From positions 50,035 through 114,034 of the IMG/VR virus record IMGVR_UViG_3300043313_001352: a stretch of DNA of 64,000 bases. The stretch is one strand, 5' to 3'. Origin of the DNA: a virus. Positions within the stretch are counted from its first letter, which is position 1. Each line of letters starts with the position of its first letter. Of this stretch, positions 38,301 to 51,002 are shown in pieces. The position numbers and the translations under genes were made by a program. Under the pieces are notes generated by a model. The model was not told the DNA's origin. It saw only the letters and a list, made by a program, of their open reading frames with translations, and made no database searches.

Positions 38301-41300
38301 CGAGAGCACCTTCGGTTGCATCCCACGCGACCGTGTGAGCAGCGTTGTACCACTGCATCCCGTTAACGCTGCGCTGCCAGTCAGCGGGCAGCGTCGGGTC
38401 AACCGTGTCCAGCTTGGCGAAGTCACCGTTACGGATGATGTCGTTGCCGTACTTGATCCAGGTGTAGGTGGGCTGTCCGTTAGGACCAATGGGACCTTGC
38501 ACGCCCTGGTTTCCCTGGGGACCTTGGATCAGTGACCAGTCATAGTCGGTGTAGATGGACGACTCAGTGGCAGAGGACTTGTTGTAGGCCAAGCCCATGT
38601 AGATCTTGCCTGCAGGTAGGTCACTCATCCCCGTCGAAGGCGTGTCCGCGTACTTCAGCCACGTGTAGGTGGGCAGACCGTTCGCGCCGGTCGGACCTTG
38701 GATCCCTTGAGACCCGGTGGCACCGGTGAAGGCCAGCGACCAAGAGAAGATCTGGTTGAAGGTCAGCCCGCCTACGGTCACCGGGATGGTAAAGGTCCCC
38801 GTGGCCGTGCTCAGTGCTGTCGTCACGGTGAAGGTGATCAGTGGCGCGGTGGTGCCGTTGTTGGTCACCGCTGCGGTGATGCCGGTAGCGCCACCGGTGA
38901 TCGTCCCGACCGTAGCGGTTTGTGCCACCGTGCCCTTGTAGGCGATGACGGTGGAAGTGGCAGACCCCGCTAGAGCGTTGGTGAGCCCAGCAGCAAAGCC
39001 CTGAGACTCGTTGCTGAGGAGGACCGTGTAGGCGTCAGCACCTGCAGGTCCAGTGCTGCCAGTAGAGCCGGTAGCACCGTCGGAGACCTTCGCTACGGTC
39101 AGCGTGTCACTGTTGCCGGAAGCCCCGATCGCCTTCACCGCGATGGTCTTGGCCGTCATGGTCGAGCCAGTGATCGTGACCACGTTCGATGCAGCGGGCC
39201 TGGAGACACCAGGTGGAACGGTCCCGGAGAAGGCAGCTCCGTCCACGCTGTACTGCCAGCCTGCCGTGGAGTCCGGGATCGTGGTGTTCGTCGCTACAGC
39301 CGTCACTGTCGCAGTCGCGGGTGTGATCGTTCCGCCTACACCAACTGCCAGCACCTGCGTGCTCGCTGTCAGGTCGACAGTCGAGGCAGGAGCACCAGCC
39401 ACACCCTGGGAGCCTTGTGGACCCTGAGGGCCTTGGATGAGCGACCACTCATAGTCGGTAGGAACGGTCGTCTCGGTAGCAGTGGTCTTGTTGTAGGCAA
39501 TACCGATGTAGGTCTTGCCTGCGGGCAGGTCGGAGATGTCAGCGACGATCGGGGTAGCGCTGGTGGCGTACTTGATCCAGGTGTAGGTGGGCTGTCCGTT
39601 CGGACCAGTCGGACCTTGCAGACCGGTGTTGCCCTGTGGGCCAGTAGTCAGGTTCCACTCATAGTCGGTGTAGATGCTGGACTCGGTAGCAGTGGTCTTG
39701 TTGTAGGCGATACCCAGGTACGGCTTGCCAGCAGGCAGGTCGCTCATCCCGGTGGTAGGCGTGTCGGCGTACTTGACCCAGGTGTAGAGCTGCTGCCCGT
39801 TCGGCCCGATCGGACCTTGCACACCTTGAGACCCGGTCAGACCCAGCGACCAGGAGAAGGTCTTGGTGAAGGTGATCCCACCGACGGTGATCGGCACCGT
39901 CAACGAACCTGAGGTGGTCACCAGCGCGGTGGTCACCGTGACGGTGAAGCCAGCCGCCGTCGTGCCGTTGTTGGTCAGTGCCGTAGTCAGACCAGTGACC
40001 TGCCCGGTGATCGTGCCGATCGTGGCCGTCTGCTGAACAGTCCCCTTGTACGCCAGCACCTGGCTGGTGGTTGATCCAGCGACAGCTGCGGTGGTGGAGC
40101 CAGGGAACACCTGGGCTTCGTTGGTCAGCTGCACGGTGTAGGCATCAGCGCCCGCACTGCCGTCCATGGACTTGGCCACGGTCAAGGTGTCAGCGACCCC
40201 GTTGGCGTCGGACATGCGCACCGCGATCGTGCGCGCGGTCACGGTGCCGCCGGTGACGGTGACCACGTTGCCGCTGCGCGAGACGCCCGTGGGGACCGAG
40301 GTCGAGAACACCCCACCGTCGACGCTGTAGTCCCACACCGTGATCGTGGTGTTGATCGGGGTGCCGGTCACCACGGCCGTCGTGGGCGTGGTGGCCCCTC
40401 CGGTCGCCGGGGAGGTCAGAACCTGGCTGGTCGAGGTCAGGCTGATGGTCGCAGCGGGAGTGCCAGGCACGCCGTTGGCACCGATCGGCCCGGCGAACGA
40501 CAACGACCAGCTGAACACCTGGTTGAACGTGATGCCGCCTACCGTGACCGGGACGGTGAAGGTCCCGTTGGCAGTGACCAGCGCGGTAGTGACCGTGAAC
40601 GTGATCAGGGGTGCCACAGTGCCGTTGCTGGTCACCGCGGCGGTGATGCCCGTGGCTCCGCCGGTGATCGTCCCGACGGTCGCGGTCTGCTGCACCGTCC
40701 CCTTGTAGGCGATCACCGTCGTCGTCGCCGTTGCGGCCTGAGCGTTCGTGGTACCAGCGGTGAAGGTCTGCGACTCGTTCGAGAGCACGACGGTGTACGC
40801 GTCGGCTCCTGCCGCACCGGTCGCACCGGTCGAGCCGTGCGCGGAGACCGAGTAGGCAGTCGACGTCGTGGTGTCGGAGTAGGTGGTGATCGTGCGCGTC
40901 CACAGGAACTGTCCAGGGATGGTCGCCTGCGGCGTCGATTGCCACGTCCCGACTGGTGCCGTCGTGCCGGTCGAGCCGACCTGGTAGGTGACCGCAGTGC
41001 CGGTGACACCGACACCTGGTGCCCCGGTGGAGCCCGAGGTGCCGTGTGCGGAGACTGAGTACGCCGTCGAGCTGGTGGTGTCGGAGAAGGTCGTGACCGT
41101 CCTGGTCCACAGGAACTGCCCAGGGGAGGTGGCCTGCGGACTGGACACCCAGGTGCCTGTCGGCGCAGTGGTGCCGGTTGAACCCACCTGGTAGGTGACG
41201 GTGGTGCCGGTGACGCCAACGCCCGGCGCTCCGGTACCGCCAGTGCTGCCGGTGGCGCCGTCGGAGACCTTGACCACGGTGAACGTGTCGGCCAGCCCAG

Positions 41301-44300
41301 CAGCATCGGCCATCTTGATCGTGATGGCCCTCGCCGTCATGGTCGTGCCGGTGATCGTCACGACGTTGCCGGTGCGACTCACACCCGCAGGAAGCGCGGG
41401 CAAGAAAGTGGCGCTACCGTCCACGCTGTAGGTCCAGGCCGTGATGGTGGTGTTCGTGGCGACACCTGTCACGGTGGTCGTTGCGGGAGTGGTGGCTCCC
41501 CCGGCTGCAGGGACCGCCAACACCTGCGAGGTAGCAGTCAGCGAGATGGTCGGAGCAGCGGCACCAGGCACACCCTGGGAGCCTTGTGGACCTTGCGGTC
41601 CTTGGATCAGCGACCAGGTGTAGTCGGTAGGAACCGTGGTCTCCACGGCAGTGGTCTTGTTGAACGCGAACCCGATGTAGGGCTTGCCTGCCGGGGTATC
41701 GACCAGCCCGCCGCCATTGATGTCATCGGCGTACTTCACCCAGGTATAGGTGGGCTGACCGTTAGCCCCAGCAGGCCCCTGGATGCCCATGTTCCCCTGA
41801 GGCCCCTGGATCAGGCTCCAGTCATAGTCCGTGTAGATGCTGGACTCGGTAGAGCTGGTCTTGTTGTATGCCACACCCATGTAGGTCTTACCGGCAGGCA
41901 GATCGCTCATCCCAGTAGTCGGCGTATCGGCGTACTTCAACCACGTGTAGAGGCTTGCTCCGTTAGCACCAGTCGGACCCTGGATGCCTTGTGATCCTGT
42001 TGGACCTGGTGGTCCTTGGATGAGCGACCACTCATAGTCCGTGGTGATCGTGCTCTCTGCAGCCGTGGTCTTGTTGTACGCGATGCCCATGTAGGTCATG
42101 CCGACCGGAGAGTCACTGATCTGTGGAGTGGTGGGCGCTCCGTTGGGCGCGTACTTGATCCAGGTGTAGGTCGGTTGCCCGTTGGGACCGATCGGCCCCT
42201 GGATCCCCGTGTTCCCCTGGGGTCCCTGAATCAACGACCATTCGTAGACGTTGTAGTTGACGCTGTCCTCGGTCTGGGTCGTCTTGTTGTAGGCGATGCC
42301 CATGTACTTCTTGCCCGTGGGGTCATCGTTCATCCCCGTGGTGGGGGTGTCCGCGTACTTGATCCAGGTGTAGGTCGGCAAGCCATTCGCACCGACAGGC
42401 CCCTGGATGCCCTGTGAACCCTGAGGGCCTTGCGGACCCTGGATGAGTGACCACTGGTAGTCGGTGGGGATCGTCGTCTCGGTGGGCGTGGTCTTGTTGA
42501 ACGCGAGACCGATGTAGGTCATCCCAGCCGGTACATCCACGATCTGGCCAGCGGTGGGGTTGCCGTTCGGTGCGTACTTGACCCACGTGTACGTGGTGAC
42601 ACCATCAGCCCCAGGAGTACCTGGGATGCCCTGGTTTCCTTGTGGACCCTGGATCAAGCTCCAGGTGTAGTCGGTGTACACCGTGGTCTCAATCGCTGAG
42701 GTCTGCCCAACCGCGATCCCCATCCAGGTCTTGCCCGTAGGAGAGTCAGACATGTCAGCAGGGATCGGAGTAGCGCTGGATGCGTACTTCAACCAGGTGT
42801 AGTAGGTGATCCCCGGAGAGCCTTGGATGCCCTGAGAGCCAGCGGGTCCTGGTGGGCCTTGGATCAAGGCCCACTCATAGTCGGTCGTGACCGTGGACTC
42901 TGTGGCCGTCGTCTTGTTGTACGCGATGCCGATGTAGCTCATCCCGACCGGCGAGTCGCTGATCTGGCCGGTGGTGGGTGCTCCGTTGGGCGCGTACTTG
43001 ATCCAGGTGTAGGTCGGTTGCCCGTTGGGGCCAGTGGGTCCTTGCACACCGGTGTTGCCCTGGGGGCCTTGAATCAACGACCAGCCATAGTCGGTGTAGA
43101 TGCTGGACTCGGTGGAGCTGGTCTTGTTGTACGCCAGACCCATGTAGGTCTTCCCGGCTGGGAGATCGCTCATCCCAGTCGTCGGTGTGTCGGCGTACTT
43201 CAGCCAGGTGTACATCGGCTGGCCGTTGGGACCGGTCGGTCCTTGGATTCCTTGTGACCCGACCGCGCCAGCGAGGCTCAGCGACCAGGCGAACGCCTTG
43301 GTGAACGACTTGCCGTCTGCCGTGATAGGCACCGTCAAGGTGCCGTTGACGGCCGTCAGCGCCGACGTGACATCAATCGTGAAGCCCGCCGTGGTGGTGC
43401 CGTTGTTGGTCAACGCGGTGGAGATACCTGCCACCTGGCCGGTGATCGCACCGATCGTGGCCGGGATCTGGGTGACGCCCTTGTAGGCGATCACCTGGCT
43501 GGTGGCGCTCGCGCTCACCGCAGCTGTGGCCGTTCCCGCGAAGCTCTGCGCCTCGTTGGTGAGCAGGATCGTGTACGCATCGGCGCCAGCCGGTCCGGTG
43601 CCACCTGCTGCGCCGTCGGAGATCTTCGCGATGGTCATGGTGTCTGCGTTGCCAGCAGCGTCAGCTGCCTTCACCGAGATCGTCTTGGCCGTCATCGTGG
43701 CACCAGTGATGGTCACGCTGTTGCCGGTGCGGCTCACTCCGGCAGGGACCGTTCCGGAGTAGGTGGCTCCGTCCACCCCGTAGGTCCAGTTGATGATCGT
43801 GGTGTTGATCGCTGCCCCGGTCACCGTGGTCGTGGCTGGGGTCGTCGTACTACCGCTCGCAGGCACGGCCAGCACCTGCGAAGTAGCCGTCAAGGTGATG
43901 ATGGCTGCGTCGGATCCAGGTGGGCCTTGGAACAAGCTCCACTCATAGTCGGTGGCGACGGCGCTCTCGACGTCGGTGCTCTTGTTGTAGGCGATACCGA
44001 TGTAGGTCTTGCCTGTCGGGGAGTCGCTCAGCCCAGCTCCGGTGGCGCTGTCGCCGTACTTGATCCAGGTGTAGGTGGGCTGACCGTCGGGACCCGCCGG
44101 GCCGGGTATGCCGGGCTCGCCGGGCTCTCCGGGCGTACCGGCGGGACCAGGCGTGCCACGGATCGGACCGATGTTCGACCACCCGGTGCCGGTCCACTTC
44201 ACACCATCGCCGACCGCAGCAGCGGTGCCGTCCATGGCCGGAGGGACCCAGCCAGGCACCGGCGTACCGACGATCCAGATCTGGCCCGGTAGGGGAGCGG

Positions 44301-44700
44301 TGGGTGCCGTCTGGGGTGTGGTGCCGATGATGCTGACGCTGGCGCCGCTGTTGCCCGTCAGACCGGACGGACCAACCGGTCCCGTGGGTCCGGTGGCTCC
44401 GCGCGGCCCGGTCGCACCGATCTGGCCTTGCGCACCCTGGGATCCTGTCGGCCCCAGCGGACCAGGGACGCCGACCGGGCCAGTCGGTCCGGTCGGACCC
44501 AGAGCACCCGGTGTGCCGACCGGCCCGGTAGGGCCAGGAACACCCTGTGGCCCCTCGGTGCCGGGGATGACCAGGTCGATCTCATTGGGATCGCTGGAGA
44601 CCAGGTTGACGCTGACCCGCGGCTCTCCGGAGATGATGTCCAGCTCGATCTCCCCCAGGACGCTGGACAGCGTCACATTGTCCGTATTGTCAACGGTCAT
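32350..44700 (-). CDS. giant (4116 aa) tail fibre/adhesin with collagen-like and tandem beta repeats
   Basis: Gly-X-Y segments alternate with >12 copies of TYTW(I/L)[22 protein letters not shown]...DY.WSLIQG and Ig-like DAYTVxLxNE repeats; CBM-like, FN3-like and C-terminal tip domains. Confidence 0.9.
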   Translation of the reverse strand: MTVDNTDNVTLSSVLGEIELDIISGEPRVSVNLVSSDPNEIDLVIPGTEGPQGVPGPTGPVGTPGALGPTGPTGPVGVPGPLGPTGSQGAQGQIGATGPRGATGPTGPVGPSGLTGNSGASVSIIGTTPQTAPTAPLPGQIWIVGTPVPGWVPPAMDGTAAAVGDGVKWTGTGWSNIGPIRGTPGPAGTPGEPGEPGIPGPAGPDGQPTYTWIKYGDSATGAGLSDSPTGKTYIGIAYNKSTDVESAVATDYEWSLFQGPPGSDAAIITLTATSQVLAVPASGSTTTPATTTVTGAAINTTIINWTYGVDGATYSGTVPAGVSRTGNSVTITGATMTAKTISVKAADAAGNADTMTIAKISDGAAGGTGPAGADAYTILLTNEAQSFAGTATAAVSASATSQVIAYKGVTQIPATIGAITGQVAGISTALTNNGTTTAGFTIDVTSALTAVNGTLTVPITADGKSFTKAFAWSLSLAGAVGSQGIQGPTGPNGQPMYTWLKYADTPTTGMSDLPAGKTYMGLAYNKTSSTESSIYTDYGWSLIQGPQGNTGVQGPTGPNGQPTYTWIKYAPNGAPTTGQISDSPVGMSYIGIAYNKTTATESTVTTDYEWALIQGPPGPAGSQGIQGSPGITYYTWLKYASSATPIPADMSDSPTGKTWMGIAVGQTSAIETTVYTDYTWSLIQGPQGNQGIPGTPGADGVTTYTWVKYAPNGNPTAGQIVDVPAGMTYIGLAFNKTTPTETTIPTDYQWSLIQGPQGPQGSQGIQGPVGANGLPTYTWIKYADTPTTGMNDDPTGKKYMGIAYNKTTQTEDSVNYNVYEWSLIQGPQGNTGIQGPIGPNGQPTYTWIKYAPNGAPTTPQISDSPVGMTYMGIAYNKTTAAESTITTDYEWSLIQGPPGPTGSQGIQGPTGANGASLYTWLKYADTPTTGMSDLPAGKTYMGVAYNKTSSTESSIYTDYDWSLIQGPQGNMGIQGPAGANGQPTYTWVKYADDINGGGLVDTPAGKPYIGFAFNKTTAVETTVPTDYTWSLIQGPQGPQGSQGVPGAAAPTISLTATSQVLAVPAAGGATTPATTTVTGVATNTTITAWTYSVDGSATFLPALPAGVSRTGNVVTITGTTMTARAITIKMADAAGLADTFTVVKVSDGATGSTGGTGAPGVGVTGTTVTYQVGSTGTTAPTGTWVSSPQATSPGQFLWTRTVTTFSDTTSSTAYSVSAHGTSGSTGAPGVGVTGTAVTYQVGSTGTTAPVGTWQSTPQATIPGQFLWTRTITTYSDTTTSTAYSVSAHGSTGATGAAGADAYTVVLSNESQTFTAGTTNAQAATATTTVIAYKGTVQQTATVGTITGGATGITAAVTSNGTVAPLITFTVTTALVTANGTFTVPVTVGGITFNQVFSWSLSFAGPIGANGVPGTPAATISLTSTSQVLTSPATGGATTPTTAVVTGTPINTTITVWDYSVDGGVFSTSVPTGVSRSGNVVTVTGGTVTARTIAVRMSDANGVADTLTVAKSMDGSAGADAYTVQLTNEAQVFPGSTTAAVAGSTTSQVLAYKGTVQQTATIGTITGQVTGLTTALTNNGTTAAGFTVTVTTALVTTSGSLTVPITVGGITFTKTFSWSLGLTGSQGVQGPIGPNGQQLYTWVKYADTPTTGMSDLPAGKPYLGIAYNKTTATESSIYTDYEWNLTTGPQGNTGLQGPTGPNGQPTYTWIKYATSATPIVADISDLPAGKTYIGIAYNKTTATETTVPTDYEWSLIQGPQGPQGSQGVAGAPASTVDLTASTQVLAVGVGGTITPATATVTAVATNTTIPDSTAGWQYSVDGAAFSGTVPPGVSRPAASNVVTITGSTMTAKTIAVKAIGASGNSDTLTVAKVSDGATGSTGSTGPAGADAYTVLLSNESQGFAAGLTNALAGSATSTVIAYKGTVAQTATVGTITGGATGITAAVTNNGTTAPLITFTVTTALSTATGTFTIPVTVGGLTFNQIFSWSLAFTGATGSQGIQGPTGANGLPTYTWLKYADTPSTGMSDLPAGKIYMGLAYNKSSATESSIYTDYDWSLIQGPQGNQGVQGPIGPNGQPTYTWIKYGNDIIRNGDFAKLDTVDPTLPADWQRSVNGMQWYNAAHTVAWDATEGALALTSGLLATNGATAMQTLDVVPGDVIYLRIRMRSTVIGDGSGIYAILLNAAGTTEVVRFTSLQPSGITTSYADYSGVATVPAGAPTAVRLALLSYNKAVGIKVFIKEVYHAVKNVTDSAVGTHMGLAYNQTTAVESTDANLYEWTQTQGPQGLPGSNAATITLTSTAQVLVSPASGTGATAPATATITGTPVNTTITVWDYSVNSGAWSGTAPPGVSIAGNVVTITGATMTASTIAVRAGNNAGVADSLTVAKVLTGATGATGGTGPSGPAGADAYTVLLSNESQSFPAGLTNALATTATTTVIAYKGTVAQVATVGTITGGATGITAAVTNNGTTAPLITFTVTTALATATGTFTIPVTVGGMTFNQVFTWALSFTGAGGATGAAATIVDLTATTQALSAPAPTILDSFNRGDSTTSLGTTETGQAWRNDNSSVWGVSGGKAYIATAGATGGQSYADVECGTADVTVSFVITGLLSGGIAFRHNLTNLNGYVLVINNNGSLQIYRSAGAYGAETYTTIGQSTALAVLGDKVSITASGSTLQGKINDVTVVTATDATYTGTRHGLYNFGVNAGRLDNFTVAPATTTPATAVITGTPTGTTISTWTFSADGGTFGAAPIYASVAGNVVTVTGAIMTAKTLAIKATGASGVTDTMTISKISDGSSGFVGADAVTVVLTNEAQVFPGTVSAAVAGFTTSQVLAYKGAVQQSATIGTITGAPTGMTITYQNNPGLTAQFTATVTTALVTQSGTLTVPITVGGVSFTKTFAWSVSYTGAQGSTGGAGAQGVSITAVTPYYATVTPVGAAAPAVPVVATPVAPWVPTEPGYLTNTELYTTNKITYSNLTFTYTGVSKSSSYTAASQALPKISLIGANGKLFRDVTSYANAAGNLTGNIVIDTPITFTNRMYKIKLSGFNYASTQGTFNLETSGYSYAGPPPSVANATGVNTGNLPIGVRVARRISTGTLVIILTSQAASNYWQYPKITAVDAEISHTLPPDTWQTGWNTTLVPETDIPAASGIFDLLLTVASSNVPATADSAYNAATPDALAPASSPAATVTGSVSSLGIKWPAILNHDTVTYEVHCATTGATFTPSAATLQIETTATSYTIREQLADGTFLVKDGSVTYYVRIVAKDAKIGGGFNSAAPGTAGSATLRQITEADISDGYIYTNLVDAIQIKGAKLDADLAIIGKIKTAESGQRMELSSEGLRQYGSDGVSIRVDLPNDPQKPSVIDAQIMARGLTVGQGMDVRGQSTFAMGSKTILQTQTVGATSGPSLGTDYPQSAFARGQWCDPFWGFHLDSAESTGSFRCANTFFDDATMKKGTTWWQVPRVANSNGETAAYYTFHGNSVIAVGGLERQVTNGFFRTAGYVGARDEKYMITSWDDSAMNTSGTLAPIKKAERQDGTFSWFWQWRLGRCFSATGATRAHMVAQAKRNMFAPWPGGTIELATLAFTDTTITPSATKTINSSFFAQDEDLCGVTYGSSQRMGFETTDRDIWVIHGTVNNYVFTDAASPARLVDLEFPAVPATRSVSACGDVLTGAFTRFTAAPATDGPQFYNYTGITWAATDPSIWWGAFTWYDSQGAIQESNASAYASITMKKRARLTVTVPDLPDPAAGKGTARTVNDVNSFRFYLTRAALNITPIRTDFILQPEQPAFLPSGVGATYSTVSTPNFVGAVGDTDAPPLLTSFIAASPASWESNAPGTGGFPKIKLTGDGVAHFETLDVGGAGATSFTGKAFEQLYYSIRAQSQLSGGGVKVVDINYNISWSARFMPMSIGRSVNLAPSGYFEITMPPVGTVIPNFGGATQKTVTSAGVPMSSWDVLWYEIPFGSAATSLAANFRYTNYLSDFTVPNNWVLVAYFNIDAGRIEWATDESMPADSAQGGGWNSFAYGAGWGAGNIVPAYKIIGEQVYFRGTFSRASGSGTTMATIPLTAGRPVISVNLLARNGTNTVVNCQISSGGGVTIGTVANGDVIYLTTSFLNT

Positions 44701-45083
44701 GGCGCACCCGAGTTCGTGACGTCGATGACGCAGAGCACGTCACCCTTGGCCACGGTGCGGATGTCACCGTTGGGGAACGTCACCTCCAGGTCCCAGATCC
44801 CCTTGAACTCCGAGCCGTCGCCCTGGGCTGGCAGCGTGGCGGTCTCGGTCGGTGACAGGCTGAGAATCACCGCTTCGTTGGGGAAGTCAGGATCAGGGGT
44901 GGTGACGAAGTCAGCCACCGCCACACGGTCGGAGAGCTTGGCGACCTGGGCTTGGAACTCGTACTCGGTCAGCGGCAGTGCGTTGGCGGTGTCCGGGTCG
45001 ACCACTCGGATCCGGATCCGGAAGGTGTCTCCCGCCACGAAGGACAGGTCGACCACATCGGGAAGCTGACTCAGCGAAGCCAT
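44697..45083 (-). CDS. tail/baseplate adaptor-like protein
   Basis: [10 protein letters not shown]...LSLSPTET...WDLEVT...RTVAKG (BppU-N-like pattern). Confidence 0.65.
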   Translation of the reverse strand: MASLSQLPDVVDLSFVAGDTFRIRIRVVDPDTANALPLTEYEFQAQVAKLSDRVAVADFVTTPDPDFPNEAVILSLSPTETATLPAQGDGSEFKGIWDLEVTFPNGDIRTVAKGDVLCVIDVTNSGAP

Positions 45084-45098
45084 CTCGTCACGTCCTTG

Positions 45099-46307
45099 TC
45101 AGTGCCACGTCGGGGGGAGTTCGGGGGAGGTGTACTTCCACTTGACGAGCACCTTCAGCTGCCAGTCCGCGTCGACACTGGTCGTGGGCGCCGACGCCCT
45201 GGCCGAGCGAAAGACGGCGTAGCCGTTGTAGCCCGTGGTCGAGCTGCCCGAGGCGGTGCCGTTGTAGATCAACATGCCGTTGTGCAGCGGAGCTGGCTTG
45301 ATCCACTCGGTGGCCCAGGCAGTCAGCTTGGAGATGGCCGTGTCGAGCCGGGCCTTGTTGACGGCCGGGGAGACGAACGTGGTTCCGTCCGTGGTGCCGC
45401 CGTAACCAGCAGGCCGCGCGGTGACGCTGCGGTTGATCTTGGAGGGGTAGACCTTGATGGTCGGGGTGCCACTACCACCCGGCTTGCGGTAGATCTGAGC
45501 GATCTTGGCGTCGCTCAGCACGACAGTGTTGAGCACGTTGGTGAGTTCGTCCGCGGAGATGCCAGGGTGCTTGCCGACGATCCAGTTGCTCAGCTGAGTG
45601 CGCGCTGTGCTGTACTCAACGGCGCCGCGGGCGTTGCGGGTGGCTGCAGTGCCCGAGATGTACCCCTGTTGGACGTCGTAGCGGGTGCCCCAGTTGTAGC
45701 TGGTCGTCCAGGAACCCGTCCCGGCAGCGTTGATAGTCATCGGGTCAGGCTTGCCCGCCGGGAATCCAGTCGGGTCGGCGCCGTAGCTGGGGTTCTGGAA
45801 CACCCGCGCGTCGTGCCCGGTGAGCAGGACCGGCACCGTGGTGGAGTAGGAACTGGTGGCGTAGGTGCCGTCGGCCATCGTCCGCCTGGCGTGGATCTTG
45901 AACTGGTACTCGTAGTTCTGCTGCAGGACGCTCACCGACATGGAGTTCTGCGGGGTCCACTCGTTCGGGTTGGGGAGGATGGTCTCTTGTGACCACGCAG
46001 CGTTGGCCACTGTGGTCGGTCTGCCCTTGTAGCTCACCTGGTACTCGATCGAGGGAGCAGCGCCGGGCGGCGGCGTCCAGGCCAGCTTGCAGGAGAGGTG
46101 CGTGGCCTCGGTGATCCGCAGGTTGCTCGGCGGTATCTGGTAGCGATCGTGGACGATCTTGAGGCTCACTCCGGCCTGACCGGGGACCTTCACCGCGACT
46201 AGCACCATCAGCACCTCGGGGGGTGCTGCGCTGATCCTGTTCTCCATGGCGCGGTAGATCCGATTGACCAGCTTGGGCTGCCCGCCGCGGATCGCGTAGA
46301 TCGGCAT
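45099..46307 (-). CDS. minor tail protein with FN3-like domain
   Basis: PPSNLRITEATHLSCKLAWTPP...YQVSY...YEYQFKIHA. Confidence 0.7.
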   Translation of the reverse strand: MPIYAIRGGQPKLVNRIYRAMENRISAAPPEVLMVLVAVKVPGQAGVSLKIVHDRYQIPPSNLRITEATHLSCKLAWTPPPGAAPSIEYQVSYKGRPTTVANAAWSQETILPNPNEWTPQNSMSVSVLQQNYEYQFKIHARRTMADGTYATSSYSTTVPVLLTGHDARVFQNPSYGADPTGFPAGKPDPMTINAAGTGSWTTSYNWGTRYDVQQGYISGTAATRNARGAVEYSTARTQLSNWIVGKHPGISADELTNVLNTVVLSDAKIAQIYRKPGGSGTPTIKVYPSKINRSVTARPAGYGGTTDGTTFVSPAVNKARLDTAISKLTAWATEWIKPAPLHNGMLIYNGTASGSSTTGYNGYAVFRSARASAPTTSVDADWQLKVLVKWKYTSPELPPTWH

Positions 46308-46313
46308 GGCGAC

Positions 46314-46559
46314 CTAGGTGGAGACCACGAAGATGATGTCGCCTTCGACGTAGGTAGCGCCGGACGTCGGGATGACCGTTTCGTACTTGATCTTCTTCTG
46401 GTAGTTGGCCGTGGTGTCGTTGACGACACTGACGTCCTTGTCCAGCTTCTTGTTGAGCGCAGCGTCGATGCTGGCGTTCTGCCTGGTGAAGTCCCCAGGA
46501 ACGTCAGCCAGGTCGTTGGGACCGGGCGCGTACAAGCTGTAGGGGCCTGCTGTGGCCAT
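46314..46559 (-). CDS. small virion protein
   Basis: RBS GGAGG; tail-type N-terminus. Confidence 0.6.
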   Translation of the reverse strand: MATAGPYSLYAPGPNDLADVPGDFTRQNASIDAALNKKLDKDVSVVNDTTANYQKKIKYETVIPTSGATYVEGDIIFVVST

Positions 46560-46616
46560 GCGGGCACCTCCGTGCGGGTGCAGAGTGTGGGTTTACTCAA
46601 ACACAGAGTAGCCGCA

Positions 46617-49265
46617 TTACCGGTCGAGCACGCACTCCAGGACGTCTTGGGTGGAGGTGTTCGAGCAGTCCCCCAGCGCACGGCACAACGCCGTGGTGAG
46701 GGCCGCCAAATCCAGCACGGTCTGGTCGAGTTCTCGCTTCGTTGACGAGCTGAGCATCTTGGTCATCGCGTCGTTGATCAGCGGGTCGTCGACCTCGGTC
46801 ATGCCGGTGAGGATTCCGTAGCCGAGGGGTGTCATTAGAAACAGTGTCAAGCACCGTTCCTCATCCTGGCAAGCGTGACCTGGAGAACGTCGTCGACTTC
46901 TGTACCAGTCGCGGCGCCGATTCCAGTCGCGTCACAGATCACCACTGTGCGGTCCTCGGTGACCCCAACCCAGCCCCACTTCAGCTCGGCGTCCTCCGCG
47001 GCCCCGAACGCGTCCCGGCTGGTGGAGAACCAGCCGGTCTCTCGGACCGCCAGCGCCAGGGTCTCCCGGTCGTTGGTCCAACCGGGGTGCGCCAGGATCA
47101 GCGCAGTGGGCTCGTCAGCCAGGTCGATCTCGTCCCACTCGCCACGCCGCAGCATGGCTCCATCATGGGGCCTCGAACTCACCGGGCCAGCGGGCTACCA
47201 TCCGGACGTCCTCGAAGTCGCGGGTGCTCAGGTGCTGCAGGGTCTCGTGCTGCCAGCGCTTCAGCTGGCAGTGCAGGTCCACGGCCGCCATCGCGCCCAT
47301 CTGCACGGTGCGCCGCGACGCGCACTGCTGGTTGGCCGGATCGTCGGGGTCAGGGGGTCTGGTGCTCACGTCTCCACCTTCCGCACGCTGACCTCGACCT
47401 CGAACTGGGCCTCCTCGACGTCGAGGTGCTGGGTGCCCTGGACCTCGATCACCATGATGTGCTCGCCGTGCTCGACCTGGACCAGCCGGTACTGGCGCCC
47501 GTCGCTGACGTTCATGTAGCCCTTGAACCACTCCTCCAGGGTGGCCATCGCGTCGTAGGCGATGTCCTCCTCACTGATCTGGTGGACCATCGACGACCTC
47601 CCCCTGGACCGTGTCCGGGCTCTGGGAGTGCGCCAGCCGGGACATGTACTCCCGGACACCGGTCACCTGCTCGATCGGAACCTGCGCGCGCCACTTCACG
47701 GTGACCTCGGGCCGGGTCTTGTGGAAGGAGTAGCGCAGCTCGTCGGTGGTGATCTCGATGCCCATGGTGGCGTTCAGGTCGCTGACGATGTTGGCGATGA
47801 ACTCCTCGGCCTTGACGCGGGCGACCTTGATCGCCTGCTGACCGGAGGCACGGAGCCGGATCTCGATCCGACCTTCGTCCGAGACCTGCCAGATCATGAC
47901 GCCTGCGGTGCCTGGGAAGCCTTCTTGGCGGCGTTCAGCTTGCGGGTGCCCAGCGCCCGGCGCAGCTGCTCGTGGCGCAGGATCTCGCGCGGATGCTCGG
48001 CCAGACCCATCTCGCTCATCAGGTAGCCCTCGGGGTACTTGTACTGCGCGCCGAGCACTTCGAGCCGGTAGACGCTCCATCGGTCCACCCGCATCAGGAA
48101 CCGGTCCCGGCGCTCGGTCTCGCAGTTCTCGCACTCGAAGTGCCGCTCGACCAGGTCTCCGCCTTCGAGCTTCTCGGTGATGTGCAGGTCGATCGTGACC
48201 CGCCATCGGTGCTGGATCCCTCGACACTGCAAATAGGTGTCGGAGTAGCTCTGCAAAGCAGAGACCAGGGAGTGGGCGGGGTCTGCGTTTCTCGTGGCAG
48301 CGGGCATGTATCCGTCGCTTCCGTCATTAGTGGTCATTGTGACTTTGCCACCTTACACACCAACCTTGGTTTAAGTCCGGTCCTTCAAGGAAAGGATGGC
48401 CCAGGTCACGGCGCTCAGTCCAAAAGCCAGGACCAAAGCCTGCTCGCGCAGCACCGCAGCAGCGATCGACAGGATGGTCAACAGCCCCGCCAGCACCGCA
48501 GCCCAGGACACCCGCTGGATCACCTGCGTGGCCTAGGCCGTGCTCGTTGCGCCGGTCAGCTCGTCGGCGAGTTTGCGGTCGAACTCGATCCGCGCGATGC
48601 ACATGGTCTGGGACCCGTCGTCGGCGCGCGGCTCCTCGTAGAACTCGATGTGCGTGGACCACGGCAACGTTGCCTCCGGGTCCTCCACCAGGATCCGCCA
48701 CCGTTCGGTGGCGGTCATGATTGCCTCGTTGATCGTCAGTGCCGAGAACTCCAGCTTCACTCCACCGGTCATTGCGTCACTTCCTTGTCGTCGTTCGGAT
48801 TGGTACCTGTCGTTCGAGCTTGCTTGCTTCGTGCCGCGTGCCCAGCCCGGTCCCGTGGCCACCCTCGTCGGTGTAGACCACGATGACGCCGCCGCGCAAC
48901 GCCGAAACGTACCCGAGCTTGCCGTTGTGCACCGCAGCGGTGCCGGTGTAGGCATCATGCCGCACTCGGACCACATCACCGGGCGTCAGCGAGTTCGGCA
49001 GGATCCGTGCCCAGGTGTGGGTGCGTGTGGTCAGCTTCTCCTCGCTCCAGAACTCCTCGGTCAGCGGCTTGCCGAGCAGCAGCTGGGCGATCACCGGCAT
49101 CGCCGCCGCGGTGCGCTCGTAGTCGGCCTCGCCGTAGGGGATCAGCGTCTCGTAGACCTTGCGGGTCAGGTGCGCGACGGTGCTGTCTTCGTAGCCCGCT
49201 TCTTTGAGCTGCGCACGCGCCCAAGCGAGTCCGCCAGGACCGAAGAGAGGGTGTCGTGATTCCAC
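46617..49265 (-). CDS. cluster of small hypothetical genes (46617-46850, 46847-~47156, 47366-~47590, 47571-47897, 47894-48307, 48533-48772, 48777-49265)
   Basis: Overlapping co-oriented ORFs; 47894-48307 has CRGIQH...CENCET (Zn ribbon); 48777-49265 has an SH3-like C-terminus. Confidence 0.55.
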
Positions 49266-50188
49266 ATGGTCTCCTTGAGGTGAGCGGCCTGAGCTGCTGC
49301 CAGGTCGTGGTGCACGAGATCGCCGAGCCACTCCACGTCATCGGGAGTCAGATAGTAGGGGCTGGTGACACCCATCGCCCGGCCTTCGTCGGTGTCGCAG
49401 AGGTACACAGTGCCCGCGTGAGCGACGTACAGGGGTGTGGGGGTCCACCAGCCCGGCATCCGCTCGATCGCGCCCTGGTGGACGCCCCTGGCCACGCTGT
49501 AGACCTTCGCCGGGTTGGCCATGGTGGTGGAGTCGATCGGGATCACCGGCCAGTTCACCCGCTCCGGCTCCAGCACCTGCGGGGAGTAGTGCCGGTCGGT
49601 CAGCCACAGCATCGCTGGCTGGGGCGGGTACACCAGCCGCGGCAGCTCGATGGCGGAGGAGACGTCCACCGGCACCACCTCGCTGACGATGCTGATCCGC
49701 TTGGCGGCGATCGCCGGGCTGGCCCAGGGGTGCAGCGGCATCAGCACCGGCGGCCAGACTTCTTCGGCGAGCACGGTGAGGGCGGCGGTGATGTGGGTGC
49801 GCTGCTTCTTGGTGAGGTTGCGGGACTGCTTGACCCGCTTGCTCATCAGGTACGGCGAGTACAGCCGGTCCAGCTCGCGGATCGCGCTCTGTGCCGCGGC
49901 TCGGGTCTTGTTCAGGTCGGGATCGTCGACGAAGAGCAGCAGCGGCGTGTCGTCGAGCAGCGCCTGGCCGATCACCTCCAGTCCGACCAGGGCGTAGGTC
50001 GCGCCCGGAGACAGGGCGGAGGTCACACCACCGATGATGAGGTCGGCGTTGTCAGGCGCCTCGGGACCGCGGTAAACCGCGTGGTCCATCGTGGTCAGCG
50101 CCCGCTCCAGCGTGCGCGCGAACGTGACTAGCTCGCGCGCACGCTGGGACACCATCCGAGGACTCATCCCGGTGATGTGGATCCTCAC
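49166..50188 (-). CDS. hypothetical, possibly GT-B-fold glycosyltransferase-like protein
   Basis: Start GTG 50188 with RBS AGGAG; MRIHITG...LLLFVDDP...GWWTP pattern; weak assignment. Confidence 0.4.
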   Translation of the reverse strand: MRIHITGMSPRMVSQRARELVTFARTLERALTTMDHAVYRGPEAPDNADLIIGGVTSALSPGATYALVGLEVIGQALLDDTPLLLFVDDPDLNKTRAAAQSAIRELDRLYSPYLMSKRVKQSRNLTKKQRTHITAALTVLAEEVWPPVLMPLHPWASPAIAAKRISIVSEVVPVDVSSAIELPRLVYPPQPAMLWLTDRHYSPQVLEPERVNWPVIPIDSTTMANPAKVYSVARGVHQGAIERMPGWWTPTPLYVAHAGTVYLCDTDEGRAMGVTSPYYLTPDDVEWLGDLVHHDLAAAQAAHLKETMWNHDTLSSVLADSLGRVRSSKKRATKTAPSRT

Positions 50189-50211
50189 ATCTCTCCTAAT
50201 CGAACACTTGT

Positions 50212-50976
50212 TCAGAAGGGCGGAGGCTCCGTGGAGCCGGTCTTGCGCTCCTCGACCACCCACTGGTCCGCGCCACCACCGGCAGGAGCCGCAGCAGGCT
50301 GCAGCTCCTGGGCCGGTGGCGGTGCCCCGTTGCCCTGCGCAGGCTGCGGGGGTGCCTGCGCAGGAGCTTGTGCTGCCGGGGCCGCGGGAGCCTCCTGCTG
50401 CGCCGGAGGCTGCGGGGGCGCTGCCGGTGCTGCGGGAGGAGGTGGTGCTGAGGCGGACGGCGGTCCAGGCGGTGGCGGCGTCGAGGTTGCCGTGGCCTGC
50501 GGCGGAGGCGGCGGACCACCCGGCGCCGAGGCACCCATCCCAGGAGGCGGACCACCGGGGGCACCACCACCCGCACCGAGCGGGTTCCACTGCTTGATGT
50601 TGTTCCGCGGCACGCCCTGCCACTCGCGGATCGTGACCTTGGCCCGGAACTGACGGCCCAGCAGGGCATCGGCGATCTGCTGGTTGGTGGGCTTGGTCTT
50701 GAAGAACTCACCGGTCAGGCCCGCTGCGGCCATCTGCCGGAAGAACACGTTCAGCGCGTCGGGGTTGTCCATCGTCAGCGTCTGCTGCGTCCAGACCTTG
50801 CGCCCCGCGTGCGGACCGTTGAGCACCTCGGTCGTGATCTTCCACATCGGCTTGTCCGTGCTGGACTTGGTCGCCTCCGTCTCGATGATCTTGACGTCGT
50901 AGTCACTCTGCGGGATCGGAGCGAAGTCGCTGTTGTCAGCAGCGTCCATCAGCTCATCCCACGGGATGTCAGCCAT
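50212..50976 (-). CDS. single-stranded DNA-binding protein (DUF669-like) with Pro/Ala-rich tail
   Basis: FAPIPQSDYDVKI...GPHAGRKVW...LLGRQFRAKV..REWQG..RNNIK; tail ends PPF. Confidence 0.8.
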   Translation of the reverse strand: MADIPWDELMDAADNSDFAPIPQSDYDVKIIETEATKSSTDKPMWKITTEVLNGPHAGRKVWTQQTLTMDNPDALNVFFRQMAAAGLTGEFFKTKPTNQQIADALLGRQFRAKVTIREWQGVPRNNIKQWNPLGAGGGAPGGPPPGMGASAPGGPPPPPQATATSTPPPPGPPSASAPPPPAAPAAPPQPPAQQEAPAAPAAQAPAQAPPQPAQGNGAPPPAQELQPAAAPAGGGADQWVVEERKTGSTEPPPF

Positions 50977-51002
50977 GCAGTCTCACCTTCCTTTCGTGGG
51001 GC

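Noticed and set aside
32350-44700. Diversity-generating retroelement acting on the tail repeats
   Set aside because: No reverse transcriptase and no adenine-specific TR/VR pair seen; repeat variation is mostly synonymous.
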